Source: Gordius albopunctatus (Eukaryota). Taken from it: DNA of 64,000 nucleotides. The stretch spans positions 558,001-622,000 of the forward strand of contig OZ193909.1 of the NCBI GenBank assembly GCA_964276515.1. Direction: 5' to 3'. This document shows, one piece after another, positions 11,901 through 24,100 of the stretch. The position numbers and the translations under genes were made by a program. Each line of letters opens with the position of its first letter. Within the stretch, counting starts at the first letter, position 1. A model generated the notes under the pieces. The model ran no database searches. It had not been told where the DNA came from and saw only the letters and a program-made list of their open reading frames with translations.

Positions 11901-14734
11901 ATAAAAAAAGACAACTTTCAACCGACAGATTTCAGATTTAAATATTTTTGCGTGAGGGTGGGGACTAGAGACCTGCACGACGGGTGACACGGAACCTGAC
12001 ACGGAACCGAAGATGGGGTTGAAAATTTAAAAATGCCTTAGGGTCGGGGTTTGGGTTGAAAAGAAGTGACTTCGCAGGTCTCTAGTGTAGACCTCATATA
12101 TTACTGAAATTTTTAGCCACTTTAGGTTAATATTCAAGGTTATGGACACTTCGAAAATAGGAGAAAAGTAGTGAAAAAAGCGCTCGAGAGTGATTTTGGC
12201 CCTTCGAACGTCCATACCTTAAAAAGTATTGGCCCGAAATGGTTAAAATTTTCAAGAATTACTAAATATATAAAGTCTACACCCTCATCCATCACCAACC
12301 ATCCAAATTTTCATTGACGTATCCAGCATTGGGATCGTGGGGGGGGGGGGCAATAATGATTTAGGGAGAGGCAAAATGACGCCCATGATTGTCTTATCCA
12401 AAAGTCAAAATTTATTGGTGAAACTAATTTATATTTAAAAATTATAAAGTTACTAGAAATTATAAAATTTTCAAAATTAAAACAATATTATTTGCAAAAT
12501 ATAACTTGTATAAGGGTGAGGATGGCGATGCTGAAAAGTATGACGATTCGAACGTCAACCTTGGGTGACAGGCGGCGACGGTAATAGTTGTAGTAATTGC
12601 GATAGTATTCATCTGGCGAAAAAATTAAAACTTATTTAATTTATTTAAAAGACAGCTATTCGATTAACTTGTAAAGAATTATGTGATAATATATACAATA
12701 AATCGGCATAACCATCTGTAAATATAATTCATTAGCCATAGCGAAATGGTTTCCAAATATTTATAATTCTTAACCTTTATTTATTTAACTCATCTTTACA
12801 AAATATATTTTTTTTCAAAATAATAAATTCTTAGAATTCTCAAAAAAATAATGTGCAACTAAAGATAGTTAATTATATTTTATTAATTATAAAATTTTAA
12901 ACAACGTAAATGTTGAATAATATCCCAATTTAAATGTTGTATAAAAATAAAAAGGGCAAAATATCGTCTGCTTTGTGTATGGTAAAAATTACCGGGGTGA
13001 TCCAAGGTGTAATCATAATCTCTTCGAGCTTCTTCGTCTTTCAGTATCTTAAAGTGAGAACGTTTAAATTTTTAATTTTTTAAAGTTTAATGATAGAAAT
13101 GAAAAATTAAAATTTTTGTAATTACTTCGTATGCATTGGCTAATTCGGTAAATTTTTTACCATATTCCTTCTTATCCTCCTAAAAAAGTAATATATACAT
13201 AATTTTATTATGATAGTAAATTTCATATAGTAAAAATAAATTTAAATTCAACTCTCGATCAATTTATTCATAATACAATAGTTTTGTAATTAAGTAATAA
13301 AAACTTCATTAAATGTTTAAAGAATAATTGCAAAAATTATTTCAAATTTCCATGTAAAATGGATTATAACAAGGGTATAATAGATTCCAATGTATAAGGT
13401 TTTATTAAATCTAGCGAAAATTCATGATTTTACCGCCCCCCCCCCGCCGCCCGCATCATTGAATCCTAACTAGTGCGTTTGTTATAAAATGACATTTGTT
13501 ATTTAGGTCACAAAAATTTAAAAGAGGCAAACGCCTTTGTTGGGAAAAGTAGTAATGAAAGCTTAGATTATTATCTTATGGCACAATCACAATTTTAAAG
13601 TGATTCTTGGAAGACAAAATCTAAACCACTTGCAGATGAAGTTGTTGTGGGGTGTGATTACAGTAATATAGTTTTTTACATTTTTTTTAAAATGATAAAA
13701 ATATTTAATAATCTTGTAGAGTAATCGTTTTAATAAAAGTGATGCTTAAAATAAAAAATTATAACTTATTGTTTGAAATAATTTAAAATTAAGGAAATGA
13801 TAACTATATTTAAATGGAAAGAAATGCTCAAAAATAATATAAAATAGATAATTCATACAAATACACTCAATTTTGAAAAATATGACTGTGTGTATAGAAA
13901 ATTTTAAACATAAAATTTAAAATTTATAAAAAAAAACTTATAAAGGCTTTAAATTATTGTCACTCAATGATAATTCAACTTTGTCAAAATTTTTTACATA
14001 AATTCATAAATGATTTGAAGCTTTTTTGAATTTATTCTAATTTTATTTTATATGAAAGGCTTATGAAAAATGTATATTAATTTTTTTGATGTTTAAAATA
14101 ACAAATAAAATGATGTCAAAATATTTATAAAATGATAGTTATTTAATTGAAACAAAAAAATGTTAATTAGCACTTATATGTAAAGAATCCTTCTTTAAAA
14201 TTAGTTATATTACCACACAAGTTATTAAATGCATATACTTGATATCTGATTAATTATTATAGTGTATATTTATATATTTTAACCCTACATCAAATAGTTG
14301 TAAATTAACATAAAGTAAATATGTCTAAATCAAGCAAATTGTTAAATGAGAGAATTTATACAAAAGTGCAAAAACAGCTACTATTTTAGATAAAATGTGA
14401 TTAATAAATAAAATTTAAACAAATCAAATGTTCGAAAAGGTTCATTTTCATACCTCTGATTTATGTCTATCTGGATGAAGTTCTCTCGCTAGTTTTCGGT
14501 AAGCTTTTTGAATTTCATTCTTTTATATAAAATTAATTTATCACAAAATCTATCCATACTTTAGTTGCATCACGGGTCACTTTCAAAACTAAAAAAAATT
14601 ATTAAAACTCGTGAAAAAATGGCGTTACTTTCGTAGCAATTATTGGGATAGCAGTACATAGAATTTGCCGGATTTATAAACATTATGATCGATATAAGCC
14701 CAACCACTTCCAACATAGTCTCAAACTTTGTCAT
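8921..14734 (-). CDS. DNAJC25: DnaJ homolog subfamily C member 25 (~341 aa)
   Basis: Exons 14734-14629, 14588-14560, 14519-14454, 13179-13126, 13047-12993, 12612-12506, 11061-10906, 10675-10611, 10197-10071, 9521-9387, 9046-8921. Hydrophobic N-terminus, MYCYPNNCYEIL, J-domain with HPD, YYRRRLSPKVDVRIV+TM, VPKYR, EYGDEEKLYLIRK, C-terminal YRRWMKKGGPGQMTFADDD. Confidence 0.95.
11327..11759 (+). CDS. Candidate small spliced gene nested antisense in a DNAJC25 intron; frame and product uncertain
   Basis: GC-richer island with two good-looking mini-introns (11517-11550, 34 nt, ending ctgctgacag; 11568-11615, 48 nt) around a 17-nt exon; spliced frame from ATG 11327 is open to TAA 11757-11759 and begins with a hydrophobic stretch (LPLTTIFIVIIFC). 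Confidence 0.4.
11966..12084. mobile_element. hAT-type MITE, tagagacctgc family
   Basis: TIR tagagacctgc / gcaggtctcta; flanks gtggggac / gtgtagac. Confidence 0.7.
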
Positions 14735-16946
14735 TTTTCCTCAACCACACCTAATACACGTTTATTCAATTTGCTCAAATTAAGGAATAGCCGCTTAAAG
14801 ATACATCCTGCTTCTCAGCTCTGCACAAACATATGGTGCATGACTAGAGGCTATGTCACACTTCATGCGGTTGTAACAGGGATCTAACCTAAATTCTAAC
14901 CCAAATTAAGAGCTTAATAGTGCCTCTAATCTTTACTAGCTTTGCCCGATATGGTTAAAACGATTTTGTACATAATTCTCGCTCCCCAGCCTCTATATTT
15001 AGGAAAACATTATCCGTATGGTTACCTAGGCAATTTGAATAAAGCAACTCGAACATCGGTTACCTAGGAAAAAACTTAACCTTTATTATTTGAGCATTCA
15101 CAACTCTCACTATTCATAAATCCTAACCTTATTATTTGACTACGCATTATAATTTAAATCTCTCGTTATTATTCACACAAGTAAACTTACTAGATGTATA
15201 TAAACACAATATGTTACATAAAAGAATTCATTCACTTAAATCATTTGGGTTATATTAAAGTAGAAACTTATTTCTCTACATCCGTGTAAAATATTTTTAG
15301 ACAAAGCAAGAGAGAATTTTTATGCAATAAAAAAACAATAATTTTTATGGCATTGATAAGATTATATTTTAATAGTTTACATTTATAGTTGACTTATATT
15401 TTTTGGGAGAGCTTCTCTGGAAAAAGTGTAAGAACTAGTGTATTTCTTCATTAATGAAACCTAAATTTATTTGCGAATTTTGGCTCAAGAATCACACCAT
15501 CGATGGTACACCTATATTTCAATAAATGTTAAGGAAAAACGAATTGTTTATTTTATTAGTTAATGGAGAAGAATTTGTTAAATCTAATAGACTAACGAAA
15601 ATAGCAGCACCAAGAAAACATTATACCACTTATTTTATACGACACATTCTTATTTTAACTACTAGTGGTTGGGATACAGTAACGTTCGAGGTGGCCTTAA
15701 TAATAGTTTACCTATTATTTTGCGGCACTTGCATATCAGGTTACTATCGTCATATATTAGGGCGTTTATTATTAATTTCAAGATATTTCTTGAAAAATTG
15801 ATATTAAGGTGTCTTTTAGAAACAAATATTTAGAGATCATATATTTTTACGTCCTCCCACAATGTGTTGAAGTCTATTACTAACTTTCCTATTTTTTCAT
15901 TTTGCAACACAATATTAACATTTTATTATTTCAAATAATAAATGCTTTAATATATTTCATCATTCTTTGTTTAAATTAAATTGTACGTTTGAATGCCTCT
16001 ATAAGTATGCATTATATAAACGAAAAACACTACTTGCATCAAAACCTGTTTCTCTATATGGATAAAGTTGTAAAACTTCTTATGATATAATTCAGATCAA
16101 TATAAATTCTTGCAAACATTATTAGGGTTCTCTTCAGGAAACAAATATATATAATTTATAAAAGATAATTATATATTAAAATAAGCCTTACATTTGAACT
16201 ATATTACAATTAATGTATTATCTCATAAACAATGTTTCTGACGCTTTTTCTCGCTTGATCTGTGTGTATCGGGCACTTTTCCTAAAAAAATTATATGTTT
16301 AAAACGACTTTTTATATAGAATGTTAATTAGTAAGTAATTAAGCATTTTATAAACTTGCCTAAACTTTACAATAATTAATTTTTATTTTTTTACTCCCTT
16401 TCTTATATAGATTTATAGGACATGTATTATAAAAAGCTCGCTTGTCAATAAACTAGTATTAGTTCTTTCTAGTTTTAAAAACTAATAAATAATAATTGTT
16501 CTAGGTAATCATGAAGTAAAAATTTCAATTTAATAGTTTTTCTAACAATTTCTATAATAAAGCGTTCAAAAATATAGCGTGAAGTTTATTAAAGTTGTAG
16601 TCTCTGGTAACTCCATTCTCGTCTAAGATATTACGTAATCTTCTATTTTACACACAATACTTGTTTATAAAATCGGGGTCGAAAAATGTGTGGAATCATA
16701 GCAAAATTTAAGGAAAATATTTATCGCATCACTAAAAAGTTTAATACTTATTCACGAAATTCCTTAAAAGTGTTATTATAGCCTAACGGCCGGCCCTACC
16801 CGTCTCCACAGTTGGTTTTGGCTAGAAGTTTGAAACAGCCAACATTTAAGTAGTATTAATGAATATTTAATATAATAGATGTAAATATGTTCTTGTGCCC
16901 CCCCCTATCTCATTTTAGACTCGATTAAATAAATTAGGATAGCTAT

Positions 16947-17584
16947 TTATAATAGCATAATTTTTACCATCATAAAATTGATTAATGATTCAATTCTTTC
17001 GTCTGTTGGGTGCAACTTTTGATTGTACACAAGGAAGTATATGACATTCCTAATGGCATCAATGAACCCCTGAAATTCCTGATCAACCACAAAATGATTT
17101 AATTCTTCCACTGACGGCACATTTACTAATCAATATAAAAGTGGATTATTAAACAATTCCTGACATTACCATATCCTTGGTTCTTAAAAGCATTTTTAAA
17201 TGAAAATAGTATTGCCATGTATTTTGCCAATAGGTCAACCATAGATGGTTCCATGAAATTTATTAATTTTGATTTCCTGCATTTGTAAGGAGTTGATTTC
17301 TATTGAATCCGTGTAAATCATAAACTTAGAAAAAAATTACCTTGAATTCCTCAAGTATTTTGTTTGCTAATCTACGTACCATTTTAATTTCGTTACATAA
17401 CTTTCGATGGATTTGCAAAGGATTAATCTGAAATTTGCTTTTTAACAATGAACAGATAGTTTTTTACTTTATCCTCCGTTTTGATTTCATCACCTAATTT
17501 GCCTCCATTATTACTCGTTGATTTTGTATCATCAGAGTCAGAGCTATCACTTAAATCATAAGATGATGACAACGAAGTTGACAT
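16947..17584 (-). CDS. Unrecognised (orphan) protein of ~170 aa with Ser/Asp-rich N-terminus; 3' end uncertain
   Basis: Exons 17584-17468, 17427-17341, 17299-17170, 17125-16947 (or donor at 16967) joined by 40-, 41- and 44-nt GT-AG introns keep one open frame: MSTSLSSSYDLSDSSDSDD...INPLQIHRKLCNEIKMVRRLANKILEEFK...DLLAKYMAILFSFKNAF...GFIDAIRNVIYFLVYNQK. Confidence 0.7.
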
Positions 17585-18166
17585 TAAAAACACTTGCAAA
17601 AAATCCATTGTTGCATTAAAAACAATCTTCCTATATTTAACAAAACTGACATTTGTAAAGGCTTATTAATTGAAATTTAGGCTTGCTTATATTGTTACAT
17701 TAAATTAAAGAAATGCAAACTCTGTATTAATAACATAATAAAATCTAAATTTTAAACAGACTGATATTGTATACAAATCGTTTTATTTCATAAATAAGAT
17801 TGTCGCGAATAGAGAAACATCCGGTCACATAAAGAAGAAAAGAAACAAGCACACGAAACATAAATACATAGAGGCAGGCGTGAGGAAATAAAAAGTGGAC
17901 AAATAAAGGGGTGGGCATTTGTAATAATACTACTATTGTATTGTAAATTGCAAAATATTTTCGCCTTCTCTCAAAATACACGACCGATTGCCACAGGGCT
18001 AGCGGGGTCAATGATAATTTTCCACATTCGCATATCGCAGTCACACCAGAATATTAAGGATTTTTATGACTAGGTTACACATACATAGATAGAGTCCCAA
18101 GGCAAACACGATTTGGCTGCTGCATTATAACTCGGGGGTAGTGTGATTCGTGTGAGCAATATAGTA

Positions 18167-21100
18167 TTAAAGCGCCAATCTTTCATGATAGTAATCATCG
18201 TGGCAATTGCAATTGTCGATGAATTCTATCTCATCCGAGAGGCCCCCGATTAGAGCTGCTGAAGTCGTAGGATCGCTAGTTGACGAGTGAGTAGTCGCAA
18301 CTTGGGAAACTGAATCTAATTTAAGTTCAACCAAATCGCCGCCAGTTCCTGCTTCGGGTTCAGCCTCATTCTCGGGTTCCTCTTCGATGGAGGACCTCTT
18401 TTTACCGGCACTTCGGTTTGAAGTGGAGGAGACGAGGGAAAATCGTTTGAGGAAGGGCATGCCAGAGATGTCTGTGGTGGTAGTTGGAAAGAGGTAGGTA
18501 CTAGTGCAACTGCTCTTCCTACGATTTTCCAAATTTTTCATTTCCGCCTTGATAGCTAAACGCACCTATGTATGTATAGTGTGTGTAAAATACGAAAGCG
18601 TATTACCATGGGAATATCCAGGATTGGAATTAGAAGGGAACAGTTTTTTTTATATTTTAGCCATAATTTTTATAATAGATAAAATTTTCAAGATTTATTG
18701 GATTTAGAGGGGGGAAGCCGCCCCTCCCTGGCAACTTCTGGCGACGCCCATGTGTATCGTCGTAAGTATTAGGCGCCAAAATAGAATCCAGCTCTATATA
18801 TTTTTCACGATACTATTTAGACGAGAAGGCGCGAGGCAAATTAGTAGAAAACCTTCGTATGGAATAACAAGTGAAAGTTTAAGAAAAGCTGATATTTTTT
18901 GGATAAAATTGAAGAGAAATCAAAGATTTGGGTGACATGTGTATTACCAGAACCCGGATAAATTTGGACATTTTGCTAAAAGGTAGGCAAATGTTTAATC
19001 TAAAATCCCTAATCCGATGATGATGATTATATTCCTCGTTCAAGTGTGCCGAAATGGAGGCACCGTGGAAGAGAGGGAGGGGACGCCCTCGTAGTATTAT
19101 TCGGTGGGAAAGGCGAATTGACAAATGACGAAGGAAAGAGAGAAAGGCGTGATGATGAAAACGAACCCGATAAGTATGGGGCCAAGTACAGGATAAAAAT
19201 AGTCCGGCGGATTTCAGATAGATGTTAAGATTTGGAAAAAGTAATAAATTAAGCTGGCTCTCACAAAAATAGCAAGGGTATAGTATATAGACTTTGTAAA
19301 TCAAAAAATGACCAAGTTTTGACCTTTAGGGTTATTTTAAACACAAATTTGTGACAACGTCAAATGGCATAAAATCAACCATTTAACAACTGTCACAATC
19401 ATGGGCGTAGTCGGGGGGGGGGGGGAAGAGAGCCCTCTAAATACAAGAATTTGTTGAAATTTATGGAAAATTAGGGCTAAAATTTCAAAAAATGTTCATT
19501 TTTCTCCTCCCTAAATCATTGTTGCCCCCCCCTCTGATTCCCAGGCTGGCTACGTTCATGGCCACAAATCTTTTTAATCACTCACATATGGTGATGGGTT
19601 AAAAATGGGAATCATAACTGAAATGCAATAATTATTACCTCTTTGTTCATAAAGCAGCAGTACAGCGAAACGAAAAATCCCTGAAAAATAGAAAAAACGA
19701 TTTTAAAAAATGAAAGTTATTATTTCGTGTAAATAAAGCAAACATTTCACATACCTGAGTTGAGCAAAGTAGAGGTATGACGAAGTTCCTTAAATCGCCG
19801 TTAGATACGTGTACGGGTAGGTAAACAGTCAGCAGATAAATAATTCCCAGATGGGGTATCAAAAAAATAAAGCCTTTGAATGATTTCCTGGAAGGGGACA
19901 GGCAAAAAAACAAAATATAGATTCCAAAAATTATATTTTTAGATTTTCTAGAGTGTTGAGAGGGCTAAGCTATAGCAATTTTTAATTTCGTGCAATATAA
20001 TCGATGCGCACTTACAGGTAATTGATATTGCCGGCAGCTTTTGAGTAGTAAACCTTTTCGATCCACAACTTAATCACCAAGGCAAATAACACAAAATTTA
20101 TCTGGGGGGCAAAAAAATAAAAGCGTTAAATTTATATATTAAAAATATTATAATTAATATTGATTTCTTATGTCTAGACTAGTGTTGTTGTTTTCAAATT
20201 TCGACTAAGCCTCGAGGTCCACCAAGATAAACAGAGACTAAAAAAGGTTGACCTCTTTGAGTTTAGTCGCTTGAGACCAAAGGTGAACCAGAGAAAACCC
20301 GGCCGTTATTACAACAACACTAGTGTAGGCAATTGTTCCCGAAATTTTAGAATTTTTGTTTTATAAAAATCCATAAATTGCGTAACAATTTAAAAAGTTG
20401 GACACACAGACAGAGAGACAGACAAGACGGAATATTTTGAAAGTTACCACGAGAGCGATCAGGATGGGTATAATGTATATTTGATCGTTACGATTTTTGA
20501 CTCTTTGTATGAGACACCTGCACCCCAATTATGTAAAAATACATAACGTTTAAATTCTCAGATTTTTTGGAAAAAATTAATATTTAATGCCATTTAAAAT
20601 GAATGAAAGTATATGCCAAATATTTGTGCCTTCAAAAAGTGGCCCAGCTTTGGAGTCCTGGGGGGGGGGAGGGGCAAAATGATCATTTTCGAAATAAATT
20701 TAAACAAATCGTTTGGATTACCCTGGACTACACGCATGTCAGTGAATCTCGGGGCCATTCGGACAAGTTCTTGGAAAACGTGTTGTTGTGGGCACATATA
20801 AAATGACAAAAAGGATAAAACTGCAAAAAAAACTCAGCTATAAATAGGTGCAGAGCAGAAGGCAACACGCACGCTACGTGATGAGGAGATGACATTAGAG
20901 TGCAAATAGTAAAGGGGCGGCCTAAGGACAAATTTAGATGGAGGCAGCAGCAGTGCGAGTTTCTAAAAATAAATTATACGTTACGAAAATACGGGGGGGG
21001 GGGGGGGGAAATATTATGCAAGGGAGGAAGAGATTCTTGTATAAATCCGCGATATAAATTTCGGGGTTTGCCAAGTTTTTTTATCGTTTTTGCAAAGTAT

Positions 21101-24100
21101 TAATGGTGGGCTTACACGTCGCCGTGGGATTTGTATATGGTGAGGGTCCAGGCTATGATAGGCATCAACGGCAATCCTGCGATGAAAAATATAATTTATT
21201 AGTATATGTTATAAATAAATTAAGTTCCGGGAAAAAGCTATTTTTTCATCTCTTTTAAATTATTATTATAATAAATTTATCAATTATGTACTTTTAATCC
21301 ATAAAATTCCTGGCCCATAAAATATAATGAAATAATTATATGCACTCTTTTTTAAAGTCAGGCAAAGATCATCGTGCTGCCTAGAACTATTCTCAACAAA
21401 TCTGCATCAAAGCGTAATACTGCAGCGATTTATAATGTGCAAAACCTTTCCAAATATTAATTTGTGATATTAATCAAGATTTGCATTTTTGTCTAAATTT
21501 AGGTGCTTTCTAATAAGAGCCCTCTCAAAATTACGATTAAAACTTGTGTTGAGCCCGTGAAATCGAATCTCGGATTGGATTCGAAATCAGCTGATATTAA
21601 GATGCAAAAAAAGAAGAAGAATAGGTATTATATGTACATGAGATTACCCCATCCGAGTAGGACGAAATAGCGAAGGGCCAGCACTTTGTGAGGGAACCCA
21701 AGGCTGACCATTTGATACATTAGTATGCCCTCGGCCAACATCCAGAAAAAGTTGGAAATGTAGAAGTAGGTGTATGTGATGGAGATCACGTTGCAACCCA
21801 GCTACAAACATAATTTCATTTAAGATTTTAAATTTAAAAATTAAAGTAAAATATGGACAGACATTTTTCTTGGCGAGTGATTGCCATTGGAACGGCATGA
21901 GCGGTTCAAGTTGGCTATGGTGTCATCGGCGTAGCCAGGGCAAAAATATCATTTTTTACAATTTAGGCGATAATTTTGATAAATTGCGACAAGTTTTTGG
22001 ATTTAGAGTAGAGGGGAGCACCCGTCCCTTCCTTCCCCCCTCTGGCTACACCCATCGTGCCAATGGTTGAGTACTATTGAATCTAAGCAAATTACATTAA
22101 TTGCTATGTTATCTTAGTATGCGTTTGGGGCTTATTAAAGCTTTCATCCAAATAAGGCTTTATATAATCTCACTTTTCGTCAAAATCCCAAGGAAAAAGC
22201 AACAAAATGCATTTTTCTTTCGATTGCAGAGCAAGCATTTTAAAATTAAATCCGATATTTATCAATTTTTACAAAAAAAAGGCCTCAAGCGAGACATTTA
22301 AGAGGTCGCGCTAGTGTTGCCATTGCCGTCTTATTTAATGAGTTTCTATCCTCCCTTTGAAGGAGATGAGCTTTCGTATTCGTCCCACAAAAATAGCTCA
22401 AAATAAGGATATTATTTGCATAGTAAATAATAGATTTGACACGTGCTGGGGGTGTGTGCGCACGCGCGTATTAGGTTGTTTTTGTGGTTTCAGAAAATAT
22501 TTAATTTTAATAGCTATGATGAGCGACTGTCAGAAGGATTCACGTATTTTTTTAATGCTGTCGCCTGGGATAATCGCGTATGTGAGATGGATTTATAAAA
22601 AAAATTAAAATATACATCGGAGGAAAAACAGCATAAATTACAACAACGCCGCCGCAATCGGTGTTGCCACATGACCTTAAGTGACAATACTTATTTTAAT
22701 GCGCTAATGAGTTTGGGGAAAAAAGAATTGGACATCTTTTAACTTCTCAGAACTCCTGTCCAATGGGCGTCGTCTAACAGCTGACAAAGCGAGTAAGGTA
22801 GGGAGGGAGGGAGGGTAAAGCAAATTAAATTACATGATGGAAGGCTGTCAAAATAGTGCGAAAATGTTGTCGTCGGCACCAATGAAATCTTCAGGGGGTA
22901 AAATAAGAGAAACAAAAATCGAATGATTCCACAAAATTCATGTGATTTGTACTTCATAAGCCTCCTCCCAAATATATATTTTTAATTTTTTTTCAGTTTG
23001 TTCTTATATAATGCGATGATAGATAAGAATACTATATAAACAGGTTTGGTTTAGAGGGGTAAAGGGCCTATTTTTATAAATAAAAGGTGTCCCATAATTC
23101 CAATTAACATCATCTCCAACCATCAAGGCTCAATAATTACAAACTTGGCATTCAAAATTAAATATCATAGAACCAATGCAACCCTCACACCCCGCAATAA
23201 TTTTATTTCTCGAAACTTTATCAAATTAAAAAAAATAAATGCTTTTATTAAAAAAGGCACAATTAATTGCACTTCTAAAACTTCAAAAATCAATATTTGG
23301 GGGGGGGGGGGCGGGAGAAAACTGAAATTGATTTACAAAAAAGGGTGAAGATATAATCCTCCCATATTAAGGAACGAATTAGCACGAAGAATTCAAGATG
23401 GCGGCCCGGCCTCAAATCTGTGATTTGTCATTTAGGAGGAGACAGTTGTTTTAATTAAAGAGGATGAATGTTTTGGGGGGGGGGGGGATTTTGTTTGTGC
23501 AACCCATTTCTTCCCAATGATGGGTTAGGTTAGGGCGTCTCTGCCCTGATGCTAGAAGTCGTCAAATTTATAGGTCATCTTAGAGCGAGAACGAGGTCGG
23601 GATCGGGAAAAATAGTTTAATCATCTCGTAAAATCACAAAATTGAGCAAACATTAATAAATGTATTCATTTATAACAACATATGAATTGATGGATAGCCA
23701 GTTGGAAAATAGAATATTTCCAAACAAAGGTAAAATTAGATATTTCTAAGCATCTTAAAAACGGTGGGGGGGGGGCTAAACATACTTTAATGCAAAAAGT
23801 GCGAACATTAATGAAATGAAAAGTTAAATGAATGTTACCATTTTGTGTGGGACGACGGAATGAAGTTCGAATGAGACGGAAGAACGGTTTGAGAATAGGA
23901 GATGAAATAGAATCCAAGAAGCGTCGCTAAAGATGAAAGCCGTTATCAAATGACAATGTATCGTGTTTCGCATACACTTCAACGTCCTGCACGAAATTTA
24001 CAATTTTTTAATTTATAAATCAAAAAACTAAGATATAATCATAAAATTTACAACAACAAAAAATCGAGAAATATTTGCCCAGCTCCCGAATTTACTTCCA

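Noticed and set aside
15526..15801. 91-aa + strand ORF divergent from DNAJC25
   Set aside because: No recognisable motif or consistent splice chain; could be chance in AT-rich DNA.
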